Origin: a virus
Taxonomy: Duplodnaviria; Caudoviricetes
Length of the DNA: 64,000 bases
Virus record (IMG/VR): IMGVR_UViG_3300028048_000063
Coordinates: 32,001 to 96,000 of that record
Strand: one strand, 5' to 3'
Shown here: positions 9,446 through 20,300 of the stretch, in pieces
How the letters are laid out: the number at the start of each line of letters is the position of its first letter
How positions within the stretch are numbered: position 1 is the stretch's first letter
The notes under the pieces: generated by a model
What the model saw: only the letters and a program-made list of their open reading frames with translations
Databases searched by the model: none
What the model was told of the DNA's origin: nothing
Position numbers and translations under genes: made by a program

Positions 9446-12157
9446 TTAAAAATCAAAACCGATATCATCATCTTCATCCGAGGTACCTGTATAAGCATTC
9501 TCGAATTTCTCTTCCTTTGTACTATCTAATAAGATTTCAATGTTAGTATCTTCAATAGGAAGAATAATACCTTTACTATCTGTCACGAAGCAATCTGTCC
9601 ATTGGCATACGGATCTATCAAAGTATCCATATAATTTAATATTTTGATAACTACCTGCACGAACTTTATAAATATTAATAACAAAGTTTGGAGCAAGCTC
9701 AAATCCTCTAGCGCAATAACTATCAATAATCGACTGATCAATTTCTCTAACAGGCATAAGAATACAACCAACGTCTACCTTATCTGCTAATGATTTTGCA
9801 GATCTTAAATAAGATGCGTCTAGATCTTTAGCATTCTTATAATCACCTGATAATTGCGAAGCTGTCCATATATAAATACCCAATGTTTTAGCTGCATCTT
9901 TTAATGCAGATGAGAACATAAGTAAAATTTGGTCAGTTCTAAGTCCTTGTACTTTTGTTTGTCTAGCTGCAGATGATGTTATTTTTAAAGTTTCACCTAA
10001 GTAGTCAAATATTACATAATTGACGTTATATAATTGTTTGTATTTTTTAATAATGTTAATAATATCGTTAACATCATAATTGGTAATACTTACAAAATAT
10101 AGATTAGATTGTTCAATTAATTCTATAGCTCTATCAACTCTTTCTTCTTCTCCTGGGGCATATCTACCATCTTTGATATGGTTTTCAGGAACACCACCAA
10201 CGAAAGCCATCCACATTTGTTGACATTCATTTTCTTCTAACTCAGTGGAAATAACTAATACGGACTCTTGCATATTTGTCTTTATCCATGCCTGACGTTG
10301 TACGTCATAATATTCAGGTATAGCAAGATGGCAAGCTTCCGAATTACCGATACGTGTATTGTGCGTAACGATAAAATTCTCCGTCAAGAACAAGTGTTCG
10401 TTATTATCCACTAAGAAACAAGTCATGTCCTCCTGATATCCTAAATCCTCAATTTTAATCATTGGATTGCTTCTATGTTTGTGCGTACCTTTATTATTTT
10501 TAGACTTTTCATACCATGATTGCATTTTTTGGCGTTTTAAACTAAGTTTGAATAATCTATTTTTTAATTCAGGACTACCCATAATTTGTACTAAATATCC
10601 TATGTTAGTGGATTTATGAGTATCAACAAAAATAGATGTTGAGAACCCTAGACTTTGGGCTAATTCAGTAACATCATCTCTTAATTGAGGACTAATTGTA
10701 AAGAAAGATACTCTGCCTCTTTTATCAACACAGCCATCTGTATCTAATAACCCATTTAATAATTCAAATCTATTGTCAATACTATCTTCTAAATATACAC
10801 GCGGTATAAATTTAGTCTGGCTATTTGTATTAATAAGATCTGGATGTTCTTTTAGGGCGTCTCTCACCCAAACATTTTTACTTCCTTTTTTACGGTTAAT
10901 ATTAGAACTTATATCACTAAGATTGTTAAAACTAAAAGTCCATGCATAAGTAGTTTTATGTTTTTTAACTGACCAATTCATTGTGTTACCAATAATAGAA
11001 GGTAATTCTTCATTTGCAGAAGAAAATTCAAGCCCTTTATTAGATTCTTGTTCTTTAAGACAACCGTCTCCTAAAAGTAATCCTAGGATATATGGTGGTA
11101 AAAAGTGCTGTTTTGGGGAATACTCAAGAGCTTGTTGTTGTGGTACCAATATGGTGTATTCACCATTTTGACGTAACGGTTTGTCGTTCATAATCTCTTT
11201 TAAGGTCTTTGTATAAAATATCCTGTCTTCTACAGATTTGATACGCTGACCATTAGAATTATAACTCCACAAATGTTCATCACTACAACGACATGTTCTT
11301 CCGTCTCTAAAAGTTATTTGGTATACTTCTTGTTTACCTTGTGGATATACGCCCAATACTTTAGTAGGATGTCCTTTGGCATCAAATAAATAATCTCCAA
11401 CTTTAATATCTTGTACATTTTTCCATCCTACAGTAGTTGGTATTCTACTACTATTTGGTAACGCTTTGCCGTACCCACTTGGAGCTGACTCTAAGAATAA
11501 ACAACCTCTACGTTGCCCACGTACGATTGTTGTAAGCTTTGGAGAGACTAATGGTAAACCCATTTCAGGAGTTTGTTTAAATCTTTCTTTTAACTCTCTT
11601 AGTCCATCTCCAGCCTTATTTTCAACACGGTCGCTATTACTACCATATTTCTCTTTTGCTAGGATTATCTTTGTTTCTTCTTTCAATAAAATATCGTTTA
11701 TGCTTAAAGCATCAAAATTCTCATACATTCTAGCACTCTCTACTGGATCCACAATATCAGGATCATAGATATCTCGTGTATCAATTCCTTCAGCTTTTAA
11801 GTTATTTATTAAACTATATTTTTTTAGAGTTTGATAATAATAATCAAACTTCTTTTCATCATAAATATTGAGAGCATTCTGTATATACTCTACACCCTTG
11901 TTGTTGCAAAAAACTTTATACTGTACAGTATATTGTTTTAGAAATTGATCTATGTCTATATAGTCAATTTTTTCCATTCCCTTTTTCGCCAAATATTCGA
12001 TAGCCCCGAACAAAATCTTATGAAATTGTTCTGGAAAATCTTCTATTGAAAAGCTATAATTATTATTAGCAAACAATAATGGATTTTTAATTAGTGCCGC
12101 TAATACATGAATTATCGCTAATTTATTGGAAGCTGCATTGTTAACTTCTTGCGACAT
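9446..12157 (-). CDS. DnaB-like replicative helicase containing an intein
   Basis: Walker A APSGYGK/T split by an intein; ISTEL, IFDYL, ASQL, SAKSLADKVD and KVR motifs; acidic tail. Confidence 0.92.
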   Translation of the reverse strand: MSQEVNNAASNKLAIIHVLAALIKNPLLFANNNYSFSIEDFPEQFHKILFGAIEYLAKKGMEKIDYIDIDQFLKQYTVQYKVFCNNKGVEYIQNALNIYDEKKFDYYYQTLKKYSLINNLKAEGIDTRDIYDPDIVDPVESARMYENFDALSINDILLKEETKIILAKEKYGSNSDRVENKAGDGLRELKERFKQTPEMGLPLVSPKLTTIVRGQRRGCLFLESAPSGYGKALPNSSRIPTTVGWKNVQDIKVGDYLFDAKGHPTKVLGVYPQGKQEVYQITFRDGRTCRCSDEHLWSYNSNGQRIKSVEDRIFYTKTLKEIMNDKPLRQNGEYTILVPQQQALEYSPKQHFLPPYILGLLLGDGCLKEQESNKGLEFSSANEELPSIIGNTMNWSVKKHKTTYAWTFSFNNLSDISSNINRKKGSKNVWVRDALKEHPDLINTNSQTKFIPRVYLEDSIDNRFELLNGLLDTDGCVDKRGRVSFFTISPQLRDDVTELAQSLGFSTSIFVDTHKSTNIGYLVQIMGSPELKNRLFKLSLKRQKMQSWYEKSKNNKGTHKHRSNPMIKIEDLGYQEDMTCFLVDNNEHLFLTENFIVTHNTRIGNSEACHLAIPEYYDVQRQAWIKTNMQESVLVISTELEENECQQMWMAFVGGVPENHIKDGRYAPGEEERVDRAIELIEQSNLYFVSITNYDVNDIINIIKKYKQLYNVNYVIFDYLGETLKITSSAARQTKVQGLRTDQILLMFSSALKDAAKTLGIYIWTASQLSGDYKNAKDLDASYLRSAKSLADKVDVGCILMPVREIDQSIIDSYCARGFELAPNFVINIYKVRAGSYQNIKLYGYFDRSVCQWTDCFVTDSKGIILPIEDTNIEILLDSTKEEKFENAYTGTSDEDDDIGFDF
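10358..11464 (-). mobile_element. Class 3 (Ala1, WCT) intein with LAGLIDADG homing endonuclease, 369 aa
   Basis: Begins ALPNSSRIPT after GYGK and ends FIVTHN before T. Block B SDEHLW, block F MTCFLV. LAGLIDADG motifs LGLLLGDG and LNGLLDTDG. Confidence 0.9.
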
Positions 12158-12167
12158 TTTATATCTC

Positions 12168-12662
12168 CTATAAATCTTCTATTCTATAGTTAATTTTATC
12201 TCTTGGGTTGGTTTGTGTTTTTTGTAAATCTGATTGTTTAATAACGATTTTATTCTCTGGTACGTTTATATCTACAGTTTTATTTATTTCTTTAATTTTA
12301 TTCATTTGTAAAACGTATGCACGTGCGTTTTCATATTGATCTCTAATTGTGTATACAACACCACTGACACTGCCAGTATAACCACAGATCTCATAATAAT
12401 ACCATAAGGTATTCTTAATCCCTTTAAGTTTTTTACCATTGGCGAGTTCTCTATCGATACCCATAACAACTTCTTGAGGGATCTCAGAAATAGCAAACAA
12501 TTGTTTTATATATGTATAGAGTTCTTGTTTGTCTTGTTCTGTCTTTAATAATTCTTCCTGAATAGTTTGATAACAGGAGTAGCAATACCCTTTGCCTTCG
12601 TAGGTATACTTTAACCCTGTTATCTTATTCTTACAAGAATTGCATATGAAAACGTTAGCCAT
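12168..12662 (-). CDS. Zn-finger replication-module protein (position of SPbeta YorH)
   Basis: N-terminal CNSC...CYSC; immediately upstream of the helicase. Confidence 0.7.
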   Translation of the reverse strand: MANVFICNSCKNKITGLKYTYEGKGYCYSCYQTIQEELLKTEQDKQELYTYIKQLFAISEIPQEVVMGIDRELANGKKLKGIKNTLWYYYEICGYTGSVSGVVYTIRDQYENARAYVLQMNKIKEINKTVDINVPENKIVIKQSDLQKTQTNPRDKINYRIEDL

Positions 12663-13519
12663 TAAGCACCATATCCACCTTCAATTAATTTTTGATGTAT
12701 TGCTAATACTGTATCGTATTGATCTTGTGTGGCTGCATTACACTTAAATGTTGTATCTCCTGTCACAGCTTTTACAATTTCATTGTATTCAGCAATGCTC
12801 TTCTTTTGAGTGTTCATATTTTTAACCATTTTACCTATATCAGATATAAGGGTTTTTAAAGGTGTTTTCTCGGAACTTGAATTAGTTGTTGATACTGACT
12901 CTACTTTTGCTCCTGAGGCTGCTACAGGCTCTGAGGATTGATTCTCATCGTTTGTAGCTACTGTGTTGACCATCTTTTTAGCTACAGCGCCTGTTGTTGG
13001 TAATTTCCATGAGAAAACTTTAACATTAGTCTTAGCATTACAGATTTCAAGTTCTGTAATAACTCTTGTATCCTCATTATATGCAATGTGTGTTACAACA
13101 TACTTTGCATAAGGATCTGCTAAATAATATTTACCATTTCTTTCAACTGTACTAACGTCTGCCCAAATTAAAGGACTAGAATAGAGCTCTCTGCCTATGC
13201 CGAGACGGCTACAACAACGTTTGAAAGCATCAGATGCCTCAGCTTTCTTTTCGTTACCATCGCCTTGTTCAGACTCAATACCGCAGTCGCTTTTATAAAC
13301 AAAGTCTTGAGAAGCATCTTCTCTAATACCAATTTCACAGAATAAGTTGCCCTTAACCTCAAAATATCTATTAGTCCAATTCATTGGGCCAACAGCGGCA
13401 TCTAAAATTTTAGCATCTGTACGACTTGTCTTATACAAAAGCATAAGTGCGCCTGTTTTTGTTACTTGTTTGACTTTGACTTCAATGTCTTCTGATGTTA
13501 ATAGTGGAAAATTAATCAT
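12662..13519 (-). CDS. Rad52/Sak-family single-strand annealing protein
   Basis: LLYKTSRTD..ILD..VG..NW, LFCEIGI, KSDCG.E, K.EASDAFKR...GIGRELY. Confidence 0.85.
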   Translation of the reverse strand: MINFPLLTSEDIEVKVKQVTKTGALMLLYKTSRTDAKILDAAVGPMNWTNRYFEVKGNLFCEIGIREDASQDFVYKSDCGIESEQGDGNEKKAEASDAFKRCCSRLGIGRELYSSPLIWADVSTVERNGKYYLADPYAKYVVTHIAYNEDTRVITELEICNAKTNVKVFSWKLPTTGAVAKKMVNTVATNDENQSSEPVAASGAKVESVSTTNSSSEKTPLKTLISDIGKMVKNMNTQKKSIAEYNEIVKAVTGDTTFKCNAATQDQYDTVLAIHQKLIEGGYGA

Positions 13520-13551
13520 GTTTGGTTCCTCCTTATTTTCCGTTTGTTAAT

Positions 13552-13580
13552 ATTATACTGGATCATTTATTTTTTTTCAA
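13552..13580 (-). promoter_or_regulatory. Sigma-A-type promoter for the sak-helicase-primase operon
   Basis: TTGAAA-17 nt-TATAAT. Confidence 0.8.
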
Positions 13581-14216
13581 CTAGTTTTTATCTATATTTA
13601 AAAATTTTGAGTAAAAACTTTCTCCTAAGCTTGCTACTGGAATAAATCTTCCTTTTTCACCTGCTAAATGAATTACTCCTAATTTTAATTTTTCTTGATC
13701 AGATATATATCCTGATTGTACTGCCCCTCTTGCATATAAATTCAATTGAGCTGTGACGAGTTGACGGTGTATTGTTGATGTTGTCTTAAAGTCTGCTAAT
13801 GTTAATTCATTATTAACTGTACATAATAAATCAAAACGTCCTGCAGATACAGGGATATGGTTATCGTCATATAAGACTATGACCTTCTCTGTTAAGATAG
13901 GTTTGATCTTATATATTTCTTCTACAAAAGTAAAATAATTACTTGTTTCTTGATATGAAAAACTTAAAGGAATATCGGGACTTTCTTTACGCATCTCTAT
14001 CAATTCTTGTAATTCGTTATGAACGGCTGTGCCATAATCGGCGGCCCTCTTTAATACCTCTGGATTTACATTGGCATAAGGATTGCCATACACCTTTGAT
14101 AATAAAGTTGTAATACTTGGCAATTCCTTATCGTCAACGAAATACTGATGTGTCTCTGGATAAAAATCCACAGACACGCCAGTTGGTAATAGAAAAGTTT
14201 CTTTTTCTGTTATCAT
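13581..14216 (-). CDS. PD-(D/E)xK exonuclease (likely partner of Sak)
   Basis: H.Y....LPSITTLL, GTAVH, TEK, AGRFDLL, ADFKT, QLNLY. Confidence 0.85.
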   Translation of the reverse strand: MITEKETFLLPTGVSVDFYPETHQYFVDDKELPSITTLLSKVYGNPYANVNPEVLKRAADYGTAVHNELQELIEMRKESPDIPLSFSYQETSNYFTFVEEIYKIKPILTEKVIVLYDDNHIPVSAGRFDLLCTVNNELTLADFKTTSTIHRQLVTAQLNLYARGAVQSGYISDQEKLKLGVIHLAGEKGRFIPVASLGESFYSKFLNIDKN

Positions 14217-14221
14217 TAATT

Positions 14222-14611
14222 TTACTCCTTATTGAGTGGGGTTACTCTTAAAGACTCGCTAACAGAAGAAACTTTTACATATTGTTTATATAAGTCAGGA
14301 TTTTCTGTCTTAAAATCTTTAGTGTTAAATGTCTCTCTAGTAGTCTCTGGGATATATGTATATCTAATACCATTAGCCTCTAAACTACCTTCTCCAGATT
14401 CAAAATATTGATCCTTGAGACATGCTTTGATATTACTATCAATGTTCTTTTTTAAATCTTCTAAGTATTTTGTTACTGCAATAAGATTTAAATAGCTGTT
14501 ATTGAAATCTGCAGATACTAACATATCTTTGTCAATTTGAACATCTGCAAGACTTACAATACTGTTCATTTGTGTGTCGATGTTTACTGGTAAGTTTGTA
14601 TTTTCGCTCAT
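14222..14611 (-). CDS. Recombination-module hypothetical protein
   Basis: C-terminal RETFNTKDFKTENPDLYKQY resembles the tail of YqaJ-type phage recombination proteins. Confidence 0.6.
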   Translation of the reverse strand: MSENTNLPVNIDTQMNSIVSLADVQIDKDMLVSADFNNSYLNLIAVTKYLEDLKKNIDSNIKACLKDQYFESGEGSLEANGIRYTYIPETTRETFNTKDFKTENPDLYKQYVKVSSVSESLRVTPLNKE

Positions 14612-14626
14612 GATAATACCTCTTTT

Positions 14627-15568
14627 TTAGAAATCAAGATCATCTGCTGTCACAGTTTGCTTTTGCACTGGTTTACTTACCGGAGCTGTTGCTGCAGCCT
14701 TTTCACCGTTTGCTGTCATTTTTACTTCTCTTGCAGCTAATCCGTTCTTTACGAAGTCTAATGTGACGCTTCCTTCTTCGCCTTGATGGATAGGTGTCTT
14801 TGATCCACCCATAATTCTTCTTTCTCTAACAAAAGTTGTTTCGAATTGAGGAGTTGATGCACCTCTACCAAAGAATTCAGAATTATCGGATCCAGCAACT
14901 TGTGTACGTTCTTGAAGACTGATTAAATCACCTTTGATATTAACAGTGTCATAAATATTGTAATTTTTGCCGATATAATTTGCAATATTGTTTTCTGAAA
15001 CTGCAATAAAGTCAATCTTGTCAACAGATCCGTCATATTTTGGAAGTAATCCTTCAATAACAATTCTTCCTGTCTTCTTGCCGTTTTCATCTTCTTCGTC
15101 AGTCATTTTGTTAATGAAAATGTCTACGTCAAATTCTGCACATGGTGTAAATGGTGCGTCTGCTTTTGAGAAACCTGCTCTGAATCCTTTTAGTGTAACT
15201 AAAGAACGAACTCTTTCACCTGTTCTCGTTGCATATTCATCAAAACGTGCCATTGCCCAGATCTTGCTTGCTGCGTTTGCTGCCATGTTAAAATCTGCTT
15301 CTGGATTTTCTTTTAAGAAAGAAGCTACTGTAATTGTGTTATCTGGTAACAATTTTAATAAAGAAGCATAATCTTTTGAATCTTCACCACTTGCGGTTTT
15401 TTCTGCTACGTAGAATTGTACCTTGTGACTGCTTAAAGCATCTGTTGCGATAATTACAGAACCTCTAATAACTTGATCTCCTCTAGAGTTTACGATTTGT
15501 TCAAGATTGTTCTCTTTTAAGTATCCAACGATTTTTACTGTGTTTGTTTTTGTTTTCTTGTCTGCCAT
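14627..15568 (-). CDS. Phage single-stranded DNA-binding protein (probable double OB fold)
   Basis: N-terminal VKIVGYLKE, beta-rich body, acidic-aromatic tail DDLDF; heads the replication module. Confidence 0.75.
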   Translation of the reverse strand: MADKKTKTNTVKIVGYLKENNLEQIVNSRGDQVIRGSVIIATDALSSHKVQFYVAEKTASGEDSKDYASLLKLLPDNTITVASFLKENPEADFNMAANAASKIWAMARFDEYATRTGERVRSLVTLKGFRAGFSKADAPFTPCAEFDVDIFINKMTDEEDENGKKTGRIVIEGLLPKYDGSVDKIDFIAVSENNIANYIGKNYNIYDTVNIKGDLISLQERTQVAGSDNSEFFGRGASTPQFETTFVRERRIMGGSKTPIHQGEEGSVTLDFVKNGLAAREVKMTANGEKAAATAPVSKPVQKQTVTADDLDF

Positions 15569-15629
15569 AGTTTGTTACTCCTTTGTGTATTAATATTGAT
15601 TATTTGTGAAAGATTTCTCTTTCGATTAT

Positions 15630-15658
15630 ATTATATTGTATATTATTTCAAAAGTCAA
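15630..15658 (-). promoter_or_regulatory. Sigma-A-type promoter for the ssb operon
   Basis: TTGACT-17 nt-TATAAT, followed by a GAAAGA-GAAA-TCTTTC leader hairpin. Confidence 0.82.
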
Positions 15659-15675
15659 CAACAACTTTTAAAAAC

Positions 15676-16047
15676 TTATTTAATAGTTAGAGTTACTTGA
15701 TCGTTTAATGCATATTTAATTGAAGATACAGTTGATCCGCTATAAATAAAATACATCCATCCTACTTGATAAGTACCAGGATCTGATGTTAAAAAAGCTA
15801 ATTTAACTCCAGATAAACTTGGTTCTTCAGGTACTGTAGTCTCAGCAACTCCGTTTGTTAATAGAACCCACGCCGACCCATTTGATCTATACATTTCATT
15901 TGTGTCAGATAAAATATAGATTTTATTTGGATCAACTTCTGCTGGTATTAATCCAGCCCAATCTGGTCTATCTATAACCTCTGTTCGTGAAGAGACTGCG
16001 ATGTCTATTGCTTCACCTGTATGACTTGATGTATAAATTCCTGCCAT
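15676..16047 (-). CDS. Small tail-associated hypothetical protein
   Basis: Last gene of the tail operon; N-terminal YTSSHTGEAID motif of the kind seen in phage fibre/baseplate proteins. Confidence 0.55.
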   Translation of the reverse strand: MAGIYTSSHTGEAIDIAVSSRTEVIDRPDWAGLIPAEVDPNKIYILSDTNEMYRSNGSAWVLLTNGVAETTVPEEPSLSGVKLAFLTSDPGTYQVGWMYFIYSGSTVSSIKYALNDQVTLTIK

Positions 16048-16061
16048 AATTTTCCTCCTTT

Positions 16062-17315
16062 TTAACTTACCACGAATGGTAGGTTATTTAAATTACTAAA
16101 ACTAATACTCATTTGATTAGAAAAATCTAAAGAACACGACACCGATTGTAATAAGAATCGTTCATACGTAAGATTAAAGAAATCATCTGAGATCGTTATA
16201 ACATTATTAACCTCTAAAAATGGGTTAAATACTACATTAGCAGAAGTTGTACTTTTTAAGATTAATACTTGTCTAAGCTCATATTCTGCACGTTCGTCTG
16301 CTAATACTTGCGAATATATGTTTGCGTCATTAATAATATTGCCAGTCCTGTATCCAATCCTCTTTCCACATAATGGAGAGGCCGGATCGTCATTTTTTTT
16401 ATCAGAAAGATAAGTGCCATTTGACTCAGAGCTACCAATAACTATAACACGATTAATAATTGAATTATAATCTAAGCTAAAGTCTAATTGAGATATATCA
16501 CCTTTGGAAGTCTCAAAACTGTAAATAAGTGGTTTATCTTGATCTGTTGTAACTTCATTAATTGGTATATATACTAAATTACCATTAGAATTATAAAATA
16601 CTTCTGCCGATAATTGTGTTGCAATTTCTAACAACAATGAAGCAAAATTTTCTCCAGCATTTTTTGAAATTTTAGCTTGTGTCTTCTTACCATTAAAGCT
16701 TGAATGATATATTAGGTCTTGTGGATCAAGAACAGATCCGTTTCCCATATCTGTTCTTAATATATCATGAATTAAGCTTTGTATATCGGTCCCTGTGGGA
16801 ATTTCATAGGTTGAAGATAAAGTACCTGTGCTGCCTTCAAATAAAGAAAATTTGTCAGCAGCAGAAATACTTACTGTTCTAGATGACTCGGTCATAGAAG
16901 GGGTTATGCTATTAATAACAAAAACCCCTTTTTTAAACCAATAAATTACGTCATCTGAAACACGTAGCCCCATATCAAAACGTAATCTTGTCCCTGCCCA
17001 GAAGGTATTGATATTCGGAGTATATTTTCCATCATAATTATACAGCGTAAAGCTCAGAGATCTTCTTTGACCATTTTGATAATTTTCGCTATAACTTCCC
17101 CCAATACCTATATCTTCTAGTGGGATTTCATAATTTATAGTTTCATCTGGATATAGTACAAAGATCCTAAAACATGATGTAGTAATATTATTTTTTATTC
17201 CCCATTTAATTGTTTCTACATCGGTATCAAGACTTACCATACCACCTTTCTTTTCTGTAGTGACCAATACTGTGTCGCCACTAGCAGAACTAATATATTG
17301 TGTAATTGCGTTCAT
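16062..17315 (-). CDS. Tail/baseplate hub-like protein
   Basis: Downstream of the TMP; hub-like features (RRSLSFTL, KKGVFVI, FYNSNGNLV, NRVIVIG, A.ERAEYEL, PFLEVNNVI). Confidence 0.65.
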   Translation of the reverse strand: MNAITQYISSASGDTVLVTTEKKGGMVSLDTDVETIKWGIKNNITTSCFRIFVLYPDETINYEIPLEDIGIGGSYSENYQNGQRRSLSFTLYNYDGKYTPNINTFWAGTRLRFDMGLRVSDDVIYWFKKGVFVINSITPSMTESSRTVSISAADKFSLFEGSTGTLSSTYEIPTGTDIQSLIHDILRTDMGNGSVLDPQDLIYHSSFNGKKTQAKISKNAGENFASLLLEIATQLSAEVFYNSNGNLVYIPINEVTTDQDKPLIYSFETSKGDISQLDFSLDYNSIINRVIVIGSSESNGTYLSDKKNDDPASPLCGKRIGYRTGNIINDANIYSQVLADERAEYELRQVLILKSTTSANVVFNPFLEVNNVITISDDFFNLTYERFLLQSVSCSLDFSNQMSISFSNLNNLPFVVS

Positions 17316-17341
17316 AAATCACTACTCCTTTATTATTTTTA

Positions 17342-20300
17342 TTATTTATGATATGGGGAAGACCACTCAGGTAACCCAATATTTGCTTTAATCTTGCTAT
17401 CATTATCTGTATAATCGCCGTAAATAATAATATTATCTACGGTATCAACTTGTCGCCATTCAAAACTGACGGTGTCTGGTGTCTTGTAAATGAAATTTTG
17501 TGGAGTTGTTGAATTACTAATTAATTGTACTATCCAAGAACGTCCTTTAATATCTCTTAATAATTTTGGATTTTTAGAATAACAGAAATCATACCACTGT
17601 TCAAGCATTTTGGCTTTTTCATTAGATGATAAAGGTATAATTCTACTCTTACCCAAACGTTCTGTATAAGCTACTTTGGAACTTAATATTAATTCGCTAC
17701 CTATAAGCGCTGAAACAGATCCAGATTCATAATTTTTATTACCAAAACCAAATTTAGAGAAACGACCTAGCGTAGCGAATTCTTCTTTACTTATGTTTTG
17801 TGTTTGAGAACCTGTTTCTAAATTATATTTAAATAGCCAAATGTTGTTATTATCAACTTTATACTGTTTCTTAATAATTGGTGCGTCTATATCTATTTCT
17901 TCAGGTATTAACTCAGCAATAGACCAACACTCCCAATGTTCATGTACTGGAGCTCCTGTACCAACAGAGGTATCTTCATTACCAGGCGCCAAATATCCAG
18001 CGTAGGTATTATCTTGTACTATTCTGAAATTATCTTTAGTACGCCAAATTTGACCTTCAAAATTTGCATATGTTTGTTCAGTCGTATCTAAACCATATTC
18101 TAGTGTTTTAGAAGTTGTAGGATAAATAATATATTGATATGAGCGATCATTAGCTATATTAAAATCTCTAAACCATTGTCTGTTATCAGATATCAACACA
18201 GGTTGCCACTGTCCTTTATATGTTCTAAAGGCTTCTGTAAGTGTGAATGTTCCATCAGTATATCCGCCAGTACTTACATCTCCAACTTGAGGAGGATTAA
18301 ATTGATAAGTATGTGTTGTATCTTTATCTATGTACACATAGGACTGATTTAATGGTACAGGTGTATCATAGTGATAAATTGGGCCACTTGTTTTATTCAT
18401 ATAACATAATCCATCTTCTGGATTGTAATAACACTCTATTTGGTGACCAGGGTTTTGATATACATCATATTCTCGTCTATAAATGCTATACAAATAAATA
18501 TTGTCTTCGTCTTCTTTCGTAAATTTAGATTCTTTATAATGTACAATATTTGAATGTGTTGAACAATCATATGTAACTGTAAATTCGCCACCTTCATGAA
18601 TAAAACTAGAGATCACACCAGGATTAATTTCAAGGATTAATTCATATGTAATTATATCTCCAAAATTGTTTTCTACCAATAATACTGCACGATAAATTAC
18701 ATCTTCAGCTAAATCATTAGATAACCCAAAGAAAACGACGCCCATATCTTTATCATAACGTTTACCTGTATCTTGTACAATATTACCATCTTCATCATAC
18801 AAAATCCATTGATAGCTTTCCCAAGCAGATTGTCCTAAACCATTATAAACACCCTGCAATTTAACTGATCTTCCTGTTACGATTGCTTGTGCTTTATAAT
18901 CTACTGTTAATAAATTTTTTGTACCACCCTCTTGATCATAGACTAAAAATTCTAATGAAGCAGGATCTGTATATTGTGGTCTTACATAGAAATAAAAACT
19001 ACCCCCGACAATACGCAAATCACTGTATGACTCATTATTTTTCTTTAGAGTAATATATGGAGTTTGATATGAATAAAATGGATTTTCGTCAGATGTTTTA
19101 AAGAAAGATCTAATATCATATGTCCAAGGTATTGTATCATCATCTTTTTTATACGAAGCTAATGTTAGTGGAGATGCTAATTCATTATGAGTAATATAGA
19201 AAATTTTATCGTTGAAGCTTTTTATAGTAATCCATCTAGTAGGATCCGTTGGATCACCTTCTGTAGTATATTGTACAGTTTTATTATTTAGTAAAGCTAG
19301 CTTCATATTGTTTTGTAAAGTTTTCCATGGTGATATAAAAGTTTTTGTGGATGTATTATATAACACAACAGCTGTATGTAAATCCCAACTTTCTACTATG
19401 GAATTGTCACTAACTTTTAATACATCTTCCTTGTATTGATCCCCATCTAAAATATAATAATATCCATTTTCTATAGAGGTAATATTTTTTAAAGTATAGG
19501 TATTGTTAGATACTGTGTCTACCGTACCATACTTTTTGTCTTGATATAATATTGTATCACCAACACGAATTGTTTTACCGTCTACTACTAAATTATCATG
19601 AGTATCACCTGAAGTACTATTATTATCATATAAATTAAAAGTTTTAGTTAATTTTTGTGGAAATAGTAATGCAGGTTTTTCTTGTGTGAAATATAATAAA
19701 CTTGTACCAGATGTAGTATTATTAATATCCCATAATGTGCCGCCAGCAGAAGCCAACGACTGCATATTCATATTACGGCTATCGTTTGTACCATTTTGAC
19801 AATAAATAACCTTACCTAAATAATTTGCCCATTGATTATAACCATTAACTCTTTTTAAACACCACTTAGTCTCAGGATCTGAAACTCCAGGCGTTTCTGA
19901 TTGTACGGTAATTGCGTTGATCTGATAGACACCATTTTCATATTTACGGTTTTGTTTTGCTAACAAAATTAAATCGCCATCATTAATTAAATTTACATAG
20001 CTTTGATTATTTATATTGGTGATATCTATAGTAATATAACGGTTTGTAACACTAACTGTTTTATCTGAGGCATCAATTGTCCAGGCTTTCCATTTTTGAT
20101 TTAACAATCTCTCTTCTTCTTGTGTACCAGTTGTCTCGATCGTATATCCAGTAAAATCTACGTTTTCATTAAAACAAAAATTAACAATATCTGTATCTAA
20201 AATTTCATTAGGATTAGAAGAATACTTAAAGAATTGACAATACTTGGCATTAGTTGGATTTATATCGGCCGTTGTTAATGTATCTTCACGTGGGTATACA

